A DNA stretch of 64,000 nt, taken from the NCBI GenBank assembly GCA_016784145.1, contig JADHVF010000001.1, positions 26,367-90,366 of the forward strand, written 5' to 3'. Positions within the stretch are counted from its first letter, which is position 1, and each line of letters starts with the position of its first letter. The position numbers were made by a program, and so were the translations under genes. The stretch comes from Patescibacteria group bacterium (lineage in GTDB: Bacteria; Patescibacteriota; Patescibacteriia; UBA2591; UBA6264). This document shows, piece by piece, positions 63,421-64,000 of the stretch. The notes under the pieces were generated by a model. That model did no database searches and had not been told where the DNA came from. It saw nothing but the letters and a program-made list of their open reading frames with translations.

Positions 63421-64000
63421 TTAAAAAAGGTTAGCAATTTTTTCGAGCTCTGATAGAGTAATTTTTATTTTTCCATTCTCGTTTTTTAAGTTTGGATTGA
63501 TTGGCGCTGGATTACAACCACCCTTTTCAGTTGCAATTTTAGCTAAAGGATATTTATTTCCACAAGCATCACAAGTCATAAAATCACCCTCTTTTTTAAA
63601 TCCTAATCTAGCATCAAAACAAACTTGGCAGGCATTGGCAGCTGCCCTATAAACACCATTTTTGTCTTTAACAACAAAATAATAAACGACTTTTCCATTA
63701 GGAAGTTCTGTATTGTAATAATGAAATCCATCAACATCAATATCACTTGCATTTAAGATTACTTTATTGCTTAATAACGAAAGATTTTGTCCATTTTCTC
63801 CATTAAACTTAATATTAGGCAATTTCATAGATGCTTTAAAAGGGATTGTGTTTTGTGAAAAAGTTGGTTGATTTGTTGAACATTTTAATAATTCTTTTAA
63901 TTCAGGTAGTTTTTTGTATCCACTATATAGTTTTTCATTTATTACAAAAGTCGGAACTGTCCTGAATTGATGTCGAACTTGTCCAGTATTAGCATTGATT
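63421..64000 (-). CDS. Thioredoxin-fold domain fused in frame to a CxxC...CxxC (DUF2318-like) Cys-rich domain; N-terminus beyond window end
   Basis: The - strand frame stays open from 63828 to the window end. It encodes ...GQVRHQFRTVPTFVINEKLYSGYKKLPELKELL, a glutaredoxin/thioredoxin cis-Pro region. Downstream are ACQVCFDARLG and MTCDACGNKYP. Confidence 0.5.
   Translation of the reverse strand, partial: INANTGQVRHQFRTVPTFVINEKLYSGYKKLPELKELLKCSTNQPTFSQNTIPFKASMKLPNIKFNGENGQNLSLLSNKVILNASDIDVDGFHYYNTELPNGKVVYYFVVKDKNGVYRAAANACQVCFDARLGFKKEGDFMTCDACGNKYPLAKIATEKGGCNPAPINPNLKNENGKIKITLSELEKIANLF

Overview
This 64 kb window is AT-rich, gene-dense and mostly + strand for the first 42 kb. The mix of small ribosomal proteins, a reduced division/cell-wall (dcw) cluster, many membrane proteins and few biosynthetic genes fits a small-genome bacterium, possibly CPR/Patescibacteria-like. 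That placement is inference only.

Features I can support, in order:
- **1-2502:** the 3' part of a giant acidic surface protein with 21-bp tandem repeats; the gene continues past the window's left edge.
- **3-7 kb:** gyrB, then secE-nusG-rplK-rplA. cysS and a CorA-like transporter lie on the - strand.
- **9-15 kb:** murB, then infA-rpmJ-rpsM-rpsK-rpsD-rpoA-rplQ-rplM. rpmJ is under 60 codons and absent from the ORF track. RpoA lacks a canonical C-terminal domain and carries a lysine-rich tandem-repeat tail instead. def follows.
- **15.1-15.5 kb:** tRNA-Gly(CCC) and tRNA-Thr(CGU) embedded in an AT-rich tandem-repeat family. The same family recurs inverted near 38.7 kb.
- **15.5-23 kb:** ftsE and groES-groEL, the latter with a sigma70-type promoter and a near-canonical CIRCE operator; then pheS-pheT.
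- **23-33.7 kb:** a PfkB sugar kinase, acetyl-CoA synthetase, a glycosylation cluster (GT2, GT4 and a 759-aa polytopic membrane protein), rmuC and an amino-acid permease.
- **33.7-38.6 kb:** mraZ-rsmH-ftsL-ftsI-murF, preceded by GTGG repeats consistent with a MraZ operator.
- **38.6-38.9 kb:** a complex hairpin-repeat region.
- **38.9-43.7 kb:** a divergent pair encoding a clear Elp3 homolog (radical SAM plus GNAT) and a Trm9-like methyltransferase; then a phosphohexomutase and trpS.
- **43.7-50 kb:** a membrane-associated AmmeMemoRadiSam cluster. It holds a CcdA-like membrane protein, a small membrane protein, a radical SAM enzyme with an apparent N-terminal TM helix, and a TM-anchored Memo-AMMECR1 fusion. 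A membrane spermidine-synthase-like protein and a flavodoxin-like protein flank it.
- **50-56 kb:** an ECF sigma/anti-sigma pair, tRNA-Leu(CAG), a family-5 solute-binding protein, secG, folD, glyA and tRNA-Glu(CUC).
- **56.8-58.2 kb:** a SAM-I riboswitch with a terminator/antiterminator platform, then metK.
- **58.2-59.1 kb:** an 836-bp two-gene cassette flanked by identical 30-nt terminator hairpins.
- **59.2-64 kb:** a copper/thiol island on the - strand. It holds CopA, an HMA-domain membrane protein with a cupredoxin-like tail, small Cys-containing membrane proteins, and a thioredoxin-fold/CxxC protein that runs past the window's right edge.

I saw no CRISPR array, rRNA, transposase or integrase.

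The Elp3/Trm9-like pair and the membrane-tethered AmmeMemoRadiSam cluster are the findings I rate highest.
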